Positions 10,250 through 20,155 of a DNA stretch of 64,000 nucleotides are shown piece by piece. Location of the stretch: contig CBDBBI010000010.1 in assembly GCA_965202625.1 (NCBI GenBank), positions 672,001 to 736,000 of the forward strand. The letters run 5' to 3'. The translations under genes were made by a program, and so were the position numbers. The stretch comes from a bacterium (lineage in GTDB: Bacteria > UBA8248). Below the pieces are notes generated by a model. The model saw nothing but the letters and a program-made list of their open reading frames with translations. It made no database searches and was not told the origin of the DNA. Within the stretch, counting starts at the first letter, position 1. Every line of letters starts with the position of its first letter.

Positions 10250-11431
10250 TTATCCAATGTACTCCAATATGTGCATCCCCGCTCCATTCCGATCGATCAA
10301 ATACAACAAGCCATTCTCGTCCATCCCGATGTCGTTCGACTGGACGTAATCTTTCCCGAAATTAAGCGCAGGTATGTAGTGCCCTACTTCCTTGGGCCGA
10401 AATGGATCGGAGAGATCGATGGCCCTCAGCCCCGAATTAAAGTAGGTGAGGAAGACAATATCTTTCCAGGGCCCACCCGCAGGGGTATATTCTAGAATGT
10501 TGTGGGCACCAAACCGACCGCCTCGGCCCATGTTTTCATCTCTATCCGGAATATATGTCGATATGGGAATGGGGTTTGTCTCCTCTCTGATATCCACCAC
10601 CCACATAAACTGGCTATTCTCATAATTTTCATGCGCGCGCGCCTCGTCGGTTACGATCAGATACGGCCTGTCGCCAAGCGGCCAGACGGTGTGCGTAGAA
10701 CCGATGAAAGGTGGTGACCAACACAGATGCCCCACGAACGTGATGTTTCGCAAATCCGTACAATCAAAGATACCCAGACCCCCTCCCCAGAATCCAGCGA
10801 ACATGCGGTTCCCTCGAATGGTAGCGGGGCCATGGCATGTCCACGAACGCTCGAATTCATCCGGTTCTTCGTATGCCAAGCCTAGACTGAGGTCTTGTCG
10901 AGGCAGACCAACAATGTTGAGCACCTCTGGCTTGAGGGGGTTCTTGATGTCTACAGTCCACATGACCCGATTTCTCCAGCCATCGGCATCATTCGGAAAA
11001 AATGCGATATGACGTTCATTGTCTATTCCAAATCGGTGAGGTCCTGATCCGGGCAGATCGTAAAACCCCACTTCCTTTGGTTCGGATGGGTTGCCGATAT
11101 CAAAAATGCCTACGCCAGCCCTCGCCTTTTCTCCTTGCGGCGTATTAAGACGTTCGTAGTTCACGTAGAGAAGATTGTCTCCTACGATTCGAACTTTATG
11201 GTTATGCGTTCCAGGGGGAGCAAAAACCTCGGCAATTCGTCTTGGTTTTTGGGGATCTGACACGTCGTGCACAGTCCAGCCTTCGGGCCCTTCGTAGCTT
11301 GCCGTCCCTACTGCACCTACGTAGGCGTATCCGTTTTTCACGTCAACGAGACTGCCGCCTCCCCACGCGGCATCCGGGTCGTGTCCAATCAGTTTGAAAT
11401 TCTTAGATTCAGCAGGCGCGCCTTTTGCCAT
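10250..11431 (-). CDS. LVIVD-repeat beta-propeller protein
   Basis: Repeated HDVSDP/FDIGNP/VDIKNP/IDLSDPFRPKEVG motifs; HNHK, SGPH, STHT, FGAHN; GAGG RBS. Confidence 0.85.
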   Translation of the reverse strand: MAKGAPAESKNFKLIGHDPDAAWGGGSLVDVKNGYAYVGAVGTASYEGPEGWTVHDVSDPQKPRRIAEVFAPPGTHNHKVRIVGDNLLYVNYERLNTPQGEKARAGVGIFDIGNPSEPKEVGFYDLPGSGPHRFGIDNERHIAFFPNDADGWRNRVMWTVDIKNPLKPEVLNIVGLPRQDLSLGLAYEEPDEFERSWTCHGPATIRGNRMFAGFWGGGLGIFDCTDLRNITFVGHLCWSPPFIGSTHTVWPLGDRPYLIVTDEARAHENYENSQFMWVVDIREETNPIPISTYIPDRDENMGRGGRFGAHNILEYTPAGGPWKDIVFLTYFNSGLRAIDLSDPFRPKEVGHYIPALNFGKDYVQSNDIGMDENGLLYLIDRNGAGMHILEYIG

Positions 11432-11767
11432 CCTCTATTCCTATAGAATTGCTACAGCAGTCTATTATAAGCACGAGATTGGCCTTTCCTCGCACCCTTC
11501 TGAATGTGTCGGCTTTTGGCTTCTGCGCAACGCTACGTTTCGAGCCTGAGTTCTGTCATGTGTCCATCAAATCCTTTCTCGAGAGCGAGGTCAACGTAAA
11601 GGCCACTACTTTTCCCCACACCGGCATGGGGCGTGAAATCGCAATCAAAGACATTTCATGATCGCTTCACCTTTTTCTCGATAAAAGCGTAGAATGACTA
11701 CTCTTGAAATCACTAACGATGGTTTGCTTTACGCCCTTCAATCAAGACATGGCCGGAGAGAAAAACA

Positions 11768-12841
11768 GTGTCAAACACACCACTGCTCGCTCTACATCAA
11801 GATGCAAAAGCCCAATTCATAGAAGAGGCTGGGTGGCAAATTCCCGCCGCCTTTGAAAACGCGGTATCCGAACATCTAGCCTGCCGAGAAAGCGCTATCG
11901 TGGTCGACCTGTCTCACTGGGGAAACCTTCGGTTCAGTGGGCTGGACAGGGAAGAATTCCTCCACCGAATGCTTTCCAACCGCATAAAAGAACTCCAACG
12001 TGGCGAGGGCGTGTATAATACCTTCCTCACACGCTATGGAAAATTCATATCCGATTTATATATGTACAAACATGAAACTTTCATTGCCGCCATCCTAGCC
12101 CCGGGAATGGCGGATACTCTCGCCAACGAAATTAACAAATTCATTATTATGGACCAGGTAAAAATAACGAATGAGACGAAAACTTCATTTTGTTTCGGGC
12201 TTTTCGGCCCAGATTCACGAAAAGTCATTTCAAGAGCGGGCATGGTCGTGCCTTCTTTGAATGAACATGACCACATAACGTGCGACAACGTGATGATAGC
12301 CCGTGAGATGTGGACTGGGGAAGATGGTTATCTACTCGCAGGGCCTCGTGAGGCGGCAGAGTCTGTTTGGCAATCATTATTGCATGGAGGAGCGAATCAA
12401 GCAGGTGTTAGTGCGTTCGAATCACTCACCCTTGAAGCCGGCACACCACTATTTGGAAAAGACCTCACTTCAGCGGTCAATCCCATGCAGGCTGGACTAG
12501 AGGAAAAGGCCATCGACTTCGAAAAAGGCTGCTATATCGGTCAGGAGGTCATCGCTAAGATCAAGTACTTGGGCCGTGTGAATCGGGGAATTGCAGGACT
12601 CAGAATCAAAAGCGAGGTTGTTCCTGAGCAAGGGGCTGGTGTGTTTTTCAATTCACAACATATCGGATCAATCACCCGTTCGGCGTATTGCCCCACCGTC
12701 GGTGGCGTTTTGGCTTTTTCTTATTTACCACGCGCCCAAATGGAGCCAGGGACTGATGTGAGGGTAGATTGCAGAGGATACGACGTGAGGGCGATAGTCG
12801 ATACCATACCTTTTTATCAACGAGAAAATTTGGCCACCTAA
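11768..12841 (+). CDS. ygfZ: Folate-binding Fe-S repair protein YgfZ (GcvT family)
   Basis: TPL start, DLSHWG, signature KGCYIGQE. Confidence 0.85.
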   Translation: MSNTPLLALHQDAKAQFIEEAGWQIPAAFENAVSEHLACRESAIVVDLSHWGNLRFSGLDREEFLHRMLSNRIKELQRGEGVYNTFLTRYGKFISDLYMYKHETFIAAILAPGMADTLANEINKFIIMDQVKITNETKTSFCFGLFGPDSRKVISRAGMVVPSLNEHDHITCDNVMIAREMWTGEDGYLLAGPREAAESVWQSLLHGGANQAGVSAFESLTLEAGTPLFGKDLTSAVNPMQAGLEEKAIDFEKGCYIGQEVIAKIKYLGRVNRGIAGLRIKSEVVPEQGAGVFFNSQHIGSITRSAYCPTVGGVLAFSYLPRAQMEPGTDVRVDCRGYDVRAIVDTIPFYQRENLAT

Positions 12842-13304
12842 AACCCCCGGAGCGTTCGAGGAAACACGAAAAATTGCGCGGCGGATGAGACCAAGACGTT
12901 ATAGCAGGTGCCCTGCTCTCACCTGATAAAACTGGGATGATGAGGTTGGTGAGCACTCTCTGAGACAAGGCGATCCCCGGCGATTAAAAATAAGTAGACT
13001 GAAATCGAAAAATACCGATTCTACATTAACGTATCGCCGCCAATGTGCTGCGCAATCAATCTGTTCCCACCCATCAACGAATGAAAAACGCTCCTCCATT
13101 GCCAAGGGTTCATAGGGAATCATAAACCCCTTGTTCATTGTGATAATCTGCTATCCAGCTTTTGACTTCTTTGATGCGGCGAGGCATTATTGCAACCTCT
13201 CTTTGCATCGAGTTACATGGGATTAGCAAAAAACCTAGGGGACACACCGAGGGGAAAAGAATGTTCTATTTTAGAAACTTGGATTCCTAGGAGGAAGCAA
13301 CGGC

Positions 13305-14936
13305 ATGGCACAAGCCGAGGGAGGAGGAAAAGTTGTCTTCTCTTCTGCAAAAATAGGGACGGAGAAAACGTTTGGCCTTCATGAAATAGGTCTCAAAAAC
13401 ATCGGGACGGTATATCGGAATCTTCCCATTGCAACGCTCAAGGAAATGTCCCTTGCGCGCAGGGAGGGATTCCTCGCCCATAATGGCGCACTCGTCGTCA
13501 ATACGGGCAAATTCTCGGGTCGCTCGCCAAAGGATAAATTCACGGTAGATCAAAACCCTTCCAACAAGAAAATATGGTGGGGGCCCATCAATCAGAAAAT
13601 ATCAACAGAAAACTGGAACCATATCCTTCAAAAAATGGCCAGTTACGCCCAAAAGCGCGATCTTTTCATATTTGATGGCTTTGTGGGCAATGACCCACGA
13701 TACAAACTGCCTGTGCGAATTATTTCAGAACTGGCGTGGCATTCCATGTTCTGCCAGACCTTGCTCGTTCGCCCACAACCTGGAGAACTCAAACGCCATA
13801 AAAACCCTTTCACGGTGATTGATCTGGGCAGATTCTTGGGAGAAGGACCAGCCGAGGGCCTTAGACAAGAGAATTTTACGCTCGTGAATTTTGAGAAAAA
13901 CATGGCGCTTATCGGCGGATCAGAATACGCCGGTGAGATGAAAAAATCCGCCTTTTTCATCATGAATTATCTGCTCCCGCAAAAAGGGGTTTTTCCGATG
14001 CACTGCTCAGCCAATATGGGTGATGAAGGTGATACGTCCCTTTTTTTTGGCCTATCCGGTACAGGAAAAACCACTCTGTCCGCCGATCAGAATCGAAAAC
14101 TCATAGGAGATGACGAACATGGGTGGACGGATTCTGGCATCTTTAATTTTGAGGGTGGCTGTTATGCAAAAACCATCAATTTGACGAGAGAAAAAGAGCC
14201 CCAGATTTGGGATGCGATTCGGTTCGGTTCCGTTCTGGAAAATGTCATTGTTGATCCGCATACGCGAGAGATTGATTATGACGACATGTCAATAACGGAG
14301 AATACGCGCGCTACCTACCCCACGCACTTCATTGACAATTGTGTCCTCTCGGGGATGGGGGACCATCCGAAAAATTTATTCTTTTTGACTTGTGACGCAT
14401 TCGGCGTTTTGCCCCCGATAAGTAAACTGACGCCTGAACAAGCCGCTTACCATTTCCTTTCCGGCTATACCGCCAAGGTCGCTGGCACGGAAGCCGGAGT
14501 GGATAAGCCGAGGGCTACTTTTAGCAGTTGCTTTGGCGCGCCTTTTCTTGCCCTTCATCCCAGCGAATACGGCGAAATGCTGAGGGCAAAGCTCAACAAG
14601 CATAGCGCGCAAGTCTGGCTGGTCAATACAGGCTGGATCGGTGGTGCTGCTGGTGAAGTAGACAGGATACCATTGGTTCACACTCGAACTCTGTTGACAT
14701 CCGCCATGACGGGACGGCTTTCCGAGATTCCTACGCAAAACATATCTATTTTTAATCTACATGTTCCGACAAGTTGCCCTGGCGTTCCCTCAAAATTCAT
14801 GATTCCCATAAAACTATGGAAAAATGCTAACGAATATGACTTCAGAGCGCGCGAATTAGCAGACGCCTTTCAAAAGAATTTCAAGCAATTTGAAGATCGT
14901 GTGACTTCGGACATCATAGCAGCTGGGCCAAAATAG
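13305..14936 (+). CDS. pckA: Phosphoenolpyruvate carboxykinase (ATP)
   Basis: GRSPKDK, YAGEMKK, MHCSAN, GLSGTGKTTLS, LIGDDEHGW, NFEGGCYAK, TENTR. Confidence 0.98.
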   Translation: MAQAEGGGKVVFSSAKIGTEKTFGLHEIGLKNIGTVYRNLPIATLKEMSLARREGFLAHNGALVVNTGKFSGRSPKDKFTVDQNPSNKKIWWGPINQKISTENWNHILQKMASYAQKRDLFIFDGFVGNDPRYKLPVRIISELAWHSMFCQTLLVRPQPGELKRHKNPFTVIDLGRFLGEGPAEGLRQENFTLVNFEKNMALIGGSEYAGEMKKSAFFIMNYLLPQKGVFPMHCSANMGDEGDTSLFFGLSGTGKTTLSADQNRKLIGDDEHGWTDSGIFNFEGGCYAKTINLTREKEPQIWDAIRFGSVLENVIVDPHTREIDYDDMSITENTRATYPTHFIDNCVLSGMGDHPKNLFFLTCDAFGVLPPISKLTPEQAAYHFLSGYTAKVAGTEAGVDKPRATFSSCFGAPFLALHPSEYGEMLRAKLNKHSAQVWLVNTGWIGGAAGEVDRIPLVHTRTLLTSAMTGRLSEIPTQNISIFNLHVPTSCPGVPSKFMIPIKLWKNANEYDFRARELADAFQKNFKQFEDRVTSDIIAAGPK

Positions 14937-14986
14937 CAGGGGCTTACTTTGCCAAAACCGACATCACATTTCAAGGAGGTATTCCA

Positions 14987-15172
14987 ATGCCTGTCGTTCA
15001 AGTAAGCCTGCTGGAAGGCAGATCAAAGGATCAGAAAAGCGCGATGGCGGATGAGATTTCAGATGTGGTTCACAAGCACTCAGGCGCTCCGAAAGAAGTC
15101 GTCATCGTTATATTCAACGATATAGCGAAGGACTCCTGGGCGGCTGGTGGAACACTCTATGCAGATAAATAG
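14987..15172 (+). CDS. 4-oxalocrotonate tautomerase family protein
   Basis: 61 aa, catalytic Pro-1, EGRS, WAAGG; AGGAGG RBS. Confidence 0.92.
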   Translation: MPVVQVSLLEGRSKDQKSAMADEISDVVHKHSGAPKEVVIVIFNDIAKDSWAAGGTLYADK

Positions 15173-15184
15173 GAGGAGAGCCAG

Positions 15185-16042
15185 ATGAGTGCCGATCATT
15201 TCAGGCTGGCGCTTGTACAGCCGATGGGACACCCCCCGCCTGATGATGAAAAAAATGTGGCTAACGCCATTCGATACGTCGAGGATGCTGCTGCACAAGG
15301 AGCCAATTTTATCGCCTTTCCGGAGTCATATCCCGGCCCTTGGCGCATGCCCGCCACGTTCGACCCCTCTGCAGCGATGAAAGAAGTGGCGAATCGTTGC
15401 GGCGTGTATGTGCAGTATGGGACTCTCGAACCGCTGGACAACGAAAAAAATACAGCGCATAACCTCTTGAATCTTGCCCGACCCACGGGCGGCGCCCCAG
15501 GTCGCTATCGTAGAACCCATCCACCTGGTCCTTGGATTTATACGGGCGGCGGCATTTGGGAGTTTCAGTACGTCGCCGGGGACGAATACCCTGTTTTTGA
15601 GACCCAATATGGACAAGTCGGCATGGCGATGTGCAGCGAAGTATATATGCCCGAGGTGACGCGCGCCCTTTCGTTGCGGGGGGCTGAGGTCATATTCCTG
15701 CCTGCCGGCGTGGACAAGAAAAAGCTGTGGGCCACCTGGCGAAATTTGATTTGGTCTCGCGCGATAGAAAATCTGGCGATTGTGATAACCACGCAAAACC
15801 TTTTTCATAAAGACCACCGAGGTCTGGCGATGGTGGCCACCCCTGAGGAAATCATATTCGAGAGCACGAAAGCCGGCATGTTCATCGTAGACGTGGATTT
15901 AGAGAGAATTCGCGATCTTCGCGCGCAAAAAGACATGGTGAGTTCATCGGGAGAAAACGGGGCGAAGGCCGGTGTGCTCAGCCAATGGCAAAGACCGGAA
16001 TTGTATGAGAAGTTCTTTCCGAAAGAGGGTGCGCCCAGCTAG
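15185..16042 (+). CDS. Carbon-nitrogen hydrolase (nitrilase superfamily)
   Basis: FPES, MCSEVYMPE, GAEVIFLP, SRAIEN; triad Lys position is Arg (YRRTH). Confidence 0.88.
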   Translation: MSADHFRLALVQPMGHPPPDDEKNVANAIRYVEDAAAQGANFIAFPESYPGPWRMPATFDPSAAMKEVANRCGVYVQYGTLEPLDNEKNTAHNLLNLARPTGGAPGRYRRTHPPGPWIYTGGGIWEFQYVAGDEYPVFETQYGQVGMAMCSEVYMPEVTRALSLRGAEVIFLPAGVDKKKLWATWRNLIWSRAIENLAIVITTQNLFHKDHRGLAMVATPEEIIFESTKAGMFIVDVDLERIRDLRAQKDMVSSSGENGAKAGVLSQWQRPELYEKFFPKEGAPS

Positions 16043-16106
16043 TGCTGCGCACGCCCTTCGGGCGTCCCGGGCGTATTTTGCATACAACGTTTTCCCTAGA
16101 AGAGTT

Positions 16107-16610
16107 ATGACGAGAAGTTATTTTTGGTTTCTGTATGCGCATCTTCTGGCGGCTTGTCTGTATGAGGGCGCGCTCGTTTTCTTTTGGCTCCTCATGCGAC
16201 ACCTCAGACGCAGGCTCTCTCCGGATGAATTCGCCGGAGAAGTCATCTCCATCCTGCGCTTTTATCATCCCTTCGTCCTTATATGTATGGGTGCGCTCAT
16301 CATGACGGGCGCTTGGTATCTGACGGGTTTGAAGATGGCGATGGGGCCCTCTTTCGGAAAACTTTTCGTTCCGCTTGGCCTGAAGCTGCTGACGGTCTTC
16401 TTAATGATGATGGGCATTAGCTTCCAGTTTTTCGCCATCGGTCTGAGGCTCACCCGAGGAACGGGCCCCGCTGGAAATGGACGCCCCATCAGCGCGACGA
16501 CTGAGGAGCGCCTCAAACTGCTCAAGACGCTTGAGCGGGTAAATTTGGCAAACGCCGCTCTCGCCCTGTTCGCTATCTTCTTTGGACTGGTGTTGAATAA
16601 AGGATTTTAA
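16107..16610 (+). CDS. Four-helix membrane protein of unknown function (CopD/DUF4149-like topology)
   Basis: AHLLAA, hydrophobic helices, LGLKLL; ATG at 16107 preferred over track start 15972. Confidence 0.7.
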   Translation: MTRSYFWFLYAHLLAACLYEGALVFFWLLMRHLRRRLSPDEFAGEVISILRFYHPFVLICMGALIMTGAWYLTGLKMAMGPSFGKLFVPLGLKLLTVFLMMMGISFQFFAIGLRLTRGTGPAGNGRPISATTEERLKLLKTLERVNLANAALALFAIFFGLVLNKGF

Positions 16611-16674
16611 TTGGATACTTGAGGGGTGGTAGCTAAAAAACTATTCATTTAATTATTGGATGTCCCTCATCCCC

Positions 16675-17512
16675 TCAAATCGAATGCGGCGTAGATGAGA
16701 CGCAACGAAAACCGATGTAGCCGTGGCCGGTCGCCTGCCGCCCGGGCAGAACGACTTCTCGGTTCGTGGTCGTCATTTCCTGTGGCGCGCTCGCCGAGTT
16801 CCCAACCCGCAGGACGCGCGACCCCACTGCACGGAGATTTTCGCGTCCGTCTTTCGCCCGGTAAGGATATTTCATCGCCAACGAGGCCGTCCACTCCCAG
16901 ACCTGTCCCGCCATGTCGTTTACGCCGAACGGACTCGCGCCTTTCGGGTAACGCCCCACAATCGTCGTGTCGCCTCGATAGTTCCCCAAGTATAGATATT
17001 CTTCCGAAGGATTGTAACTTCCCCACGGGAACAAGCGGCCGTCGGTTCCCCGAGCCGCTTTTTCCCATTCCGCTTCGGTGGATAGCCTCTTCCCCTTCCA
17101 GCGACAATAGGCGAAAGCACCGGCCCAGGCCATCTCGGACGCCGGATATTTTTCAAAGCCCTTCTCCACCTCCCAAACGTCGCCTTTTTGCAGAATTTTA
17201 GCGTCCGGGTCGTCCGTGTCCAGATACACCTCCCCTTCGGGACCGGAGTCTCCTTTCGCCTGGATAAAAGGCAGGTAATCCGCCCAGGTCACCAGATCCC
17301 GATCAATGTAATAGGCGGGAAGAAACACGCGGTGGGCGGGCTTTTCCTTATCGGGCCCCTCGTCGCGCCCCATCGTGAACGGCCCACCCGGTATGAGAAC
17401 CATGCGCGCATATTTGCCTTTGACTGCTTCCGTTGATGAAGCCGTGTATCCATCTATAAAAAATCAGAGCGAGCAAAACGAAGGGAAGATTGTAACGCGT
17501 TGATCTTTTCAT
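16675..17512 (-). CDS. FGE-sulfatase (SUMF1/PvdO-like) domain protein; signal peptide separated by a frameshift
   Basis: MVLIPGGPFTMG, RLSTEAEWEKAARG, DMAGQVWEWT, GFRC in 16675-17403; upstream ATG 17512 with GGAGG encodes MKRSTRYNLPFVLLALIF one base out of frame. Confidence 0.8.
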
Positions 17513-17542
17513 CACGAGCGGAGCCTCCAGGACCCAGGCACT

Positions 17543-18271
17543 TCAGGCGATGGGCGCGTTTTGAGGCGGCCAAATGCGGCTTCCCACCAGAGGGGAGCCC
17601 GGCGGATGCAGTAAATATCCATGAACGCGCCTTGTCCATTCCGTCTCCTCGAGTGCGACATAATTCTCTTCACGCGCACTAAGCGATGTGAACTCGTATA
17701 GCACCGAATGCTTGGGTGCGCCCGTTGCCACCAGATACTTTCGCGCACCCATACAACCAGAAGTCCTCGAAACCTCCACCATGCGCTCCTGGGCATACCA
17801 CGCCTCCAGGTCCTCATCGTTCCCCTGCGCTTCGTATCGCCCCATTTGCATCGCCGGCGCCATGACGCCCGTCGCTTCCCTCTCTCCTGCGTCCGGCCCC
17901 TCCACACGCCACTCCTCACAAAGGATGAGCCCCCTCGCCTGAACCCTCATTCCCACCATCGCTTGGGTTTCAGGGCCTTGACGCTCTCTGAGTTGTGCCG
18001 TACTGGGGTCGTAGAAAACTTTTGTGTTTTCTCCGCCGAACAACGCGATGAATCCAGTACCAGATGCGAGCGCGGGATCGTCAGCGCGGTTCAGTCCTGC
18101 CTCTATCTTCTTAAACCTTTCGCCCGGATGCTTCACCTCGTAATGCGCCGCCCAGAGATAGCCCGGGCGGGAGAGCTTTTCAGGAATATGCGTCTCATGA
18201 AACCATTCCATATACACATCGCGCCCCTCATCAGGCAGATCATAGAAAATTGCCCATACCGCCCTGTCCAT
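17543..18271 (-). CDS. Hypothetical tandem dimeric alpha-beta barrel (DUF4286/EthD-like) protein
   Basis: Two repeats: WFHETHIPEKLSRPG and WYAQERMVEVSRTSG; GGAGG RBS. Confidence 0.7.
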   Translation of the reverse strand: MDRAVWAIFYDLPDEGRDVYMEWFHETHIPEKLSRPGYLWAAHYEVKHPGERFKKIEAGLNRADDPALASGTGFIALFGGENTKVFYDPSTAQLRERQGPETQAMVGMRVQARGLILCEEWRVEGPDAGEREATGVMAPAMQMGRYEAQGNDEDLEAWYAQERMVEVSRTSGCMGARKYLVATGAPKHSVLYEFTSLSAREENYVALEETEWTRRVHGYLLHPPGSPLVGSRIWPPQNAPIA

Positions 18272-18637
18272 GATTCGCTCACCTCCGTTTGCGAAAAAAT
18301 CCTAAATCAGAAAGCGCGCATTCATCACCCCCTTATGCTATTATAAACTTTATTCGGGAAACATGATATTTCAGCAACCCTCCTACTCATGGACGGGACT
18401 ATTCGCCTGTGTCCTTCCATGATTCCCGATACTTTCCCCTCATCTCCAAGGCGCAAAAGGGCGGGTTCCAAACCTTTCTCTCAAGGCGGATTTATGCTGT
18501 TTGTCCATGAAGTTTCCTACCTTCATGATTGAAGATTCTGCTATATTTCCCTCTCCCTTGATTTGAGGGAGATTTCCGTTCCGGGAGATGAGTCGCCCGC
18601 ACGTTCTGAATCCGAGGTCTTTTAGGGGGACTTCTGG

Positions 18638-19267
18638 GTGATTTATGAAATTCGCACCTACACGTTCACTATTGGCGGCGCTCCTGAGGCCGTGCGGGAT
18701 TTTGGGAAGATTATCGAAGCGAGGGTGAAAATATCTCCTTTAGTGGGTTTCTTTCTCTCTGCCATCGGAGAGCTGAACAGAATCCTCCACATCTGGGAAT
18801 ATGAGAATTCAGCCCACAGGGAGGAGGCGCGCGCGGAAGCTCTCAGCCAGACATGGTGGCCTCCCCTTTCCGTAGACAAAATCCTCCATCAGCAAACAAA
18901 GTTGATGCGCCCTGTGCCGTTTCTCCTAGAACCGCGCACTGGAACGCTGGGGGGCGTCTATGAGATTCGCAGCGATCTCACCCTCACGGGAAAAATGGGC
19001 GAAATCTGCGAGGCTTGGAAGAAAAATCTGCCCGAAAGAGAGCGAATCTCCCCCTTGGCGGCCGCTTTTTCAAATCAAGCGGGGGCGTTTGAGTCCGGCA
19101 CCTTGAACGAGTTCTTGCACATCTGGCCCTACCGAGACTTGAACCACTGGATGGAAGTGCAACAAAAAGCCAGCAAGTTAGCCGGATGGAGAGACGATTA
19201 CGAGCCTTTCTTGAGAAGTGAGACCTCGGAAATTTGGTGCCCCGTGGATTATTCACCCATGAGATGA
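18638..19267 (+). CDS. NIPSNAP family protein (two domains)
   Basis: IYEIRTY...GELNRILHIWEY and GVYEIRS...LNEFLHIWPY, final YSPMR. Confidence 0.9.
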   Translation: MIYEIRTYTFTIGGAPEAVRDFGKIIEARVKISPLVGFFLSAIGELNRILHIWEYENSAHREEARAEALSQTWWPPLSVDKILHQQTKLMRPVPFLLEPRTGTLGGVYEIRSDLTLTGKMGEICEAWKKNLPERERISPLAAAFSNQAGAFESGTLNEFLHIWPYRDLNHWMEVQQKASKLAGWRDDYEPFLRSETSEIWCPVDYSPMR

Positions 19268-19342
19268 TGGAGCGGGAAACGGGATTTGAACCCGCGACCC
19301 CAACGTTGGCAACGTTGTGCTCTACCACTGAGCTATTCCCGC
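19268..19342 (-). tRNA. tRNA-Gly (GCC)
   Basis: GCGGGAATAGCTCAGTGGTAGAGCACAACGTTGCCAACGTTGGGGTCGCGGGTTCAAATCCCGTTTCCCGCTCCA; 75-nt cloverleaf with encoded CCA. Confidence 0.99.
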
Positions 19343-19398
19343 CAGACACCTATTCGAGAGCATCGCCGAACTACGCGCAAGAGTCAAGAGGAAGCTCG

Positions 19399-20148
19399 TC
19401 AATCCCCGGGCTTGCGAGCGTGAATGCGAACTGAGATGACGGGGCGAAACGATGTGTGATCCGAAATTTCCACTTGCCCAAAACCCGCATCCATGAGGAG
19501 AGACTCCCATTCCCGTTCTTCGCATACGCCGCCGAGCGAAGCGTTCCACGCCTGGGGATCCTGGGCGATTTCGACAGGCAACGCCCCATCGCTAATCAAC
19601 TCACGAGCCACTAGGAGGCCGTTCGGCTTCAATATCCGATAGGCCTCTCCCAACGCTTTCTTCTTGTTCACGGTGAGATTAAACGAGGCGTTGGCCAGCA
19701 CGAGGTCGGCGACGCCGTCCCCAATGGGCAGATTCTCCATGTCGCCGGCCAGAAGACGCGCACCTGGTTCCTGAACGTCCATAAACGCCTCCCGGACGCG
19801 GCAGAGCATCTGAACGGCGAAGTCTAAGGCGAACAGCCTCGCACCATTCTCCAGTTGCTCGTGCGCGAAGCGCGCATCAAGGCCCGCACCGCACCCGAGT
19901 TCAACGGTTGTTCGCATCCCCGCCAAGTCAACCCCCTCAAGCAGATGCCCGCAACCACAATAAGAGGACGCAACCCGCCTCGGAAGACTGGCGACAAACG
20001 CTGTGGGATAACCCACTCCCCGCGCTCGATCCGCCCCGCCTTCGGGAAACGCATCCGTCGCCGCTAAATGGGCATAGCGTTTTCTCACGAAGGTCTTGAC
20101 CTGCTCCTCCCAAGTCTGCGGTTTGCTTCCATGGACGTATACGGGCAT
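19399..20148 (-). CDS. Class I SAM-dependent methyltransferase, ArsM-like
   Basis: YCGCG, VELGCGAGLD, GDMENLP, AYRILKPNG. Confidence 0.85.
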   Translation of the reverse strand: MPVYVHGSKPQTWEEQVKTFVRKRYAHLAATDAFPEGGADRARGVGYPTAFVASLPRRVASSYCGCGHLLEGVDLAGMRTTVELGCGAGLDARFAHEQLENGARLFALDFAVQMLCRVREAFMDVQEPGARLLAGDMENLPIGDGVADLVLANASFNLTVNKKKALGEAYRILKPNGLLVARELISDGALPVEIAQDPQAWNASLGGVCEEREWESLLMDAGFGQVEISDHTSFRPVISVRIHARKPGD

Positions 20149-20155
20149 TGGGGGA

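Noticed and set aside
19301-19317. Repeated palindrome CAACGTTG
   Set aside because: Explained by the tRNA-Gly anticodon arm
19268-19342. tRNA-anchored integrative element
   Set aside because: No integrase or att repeat seen; flanks include core genes
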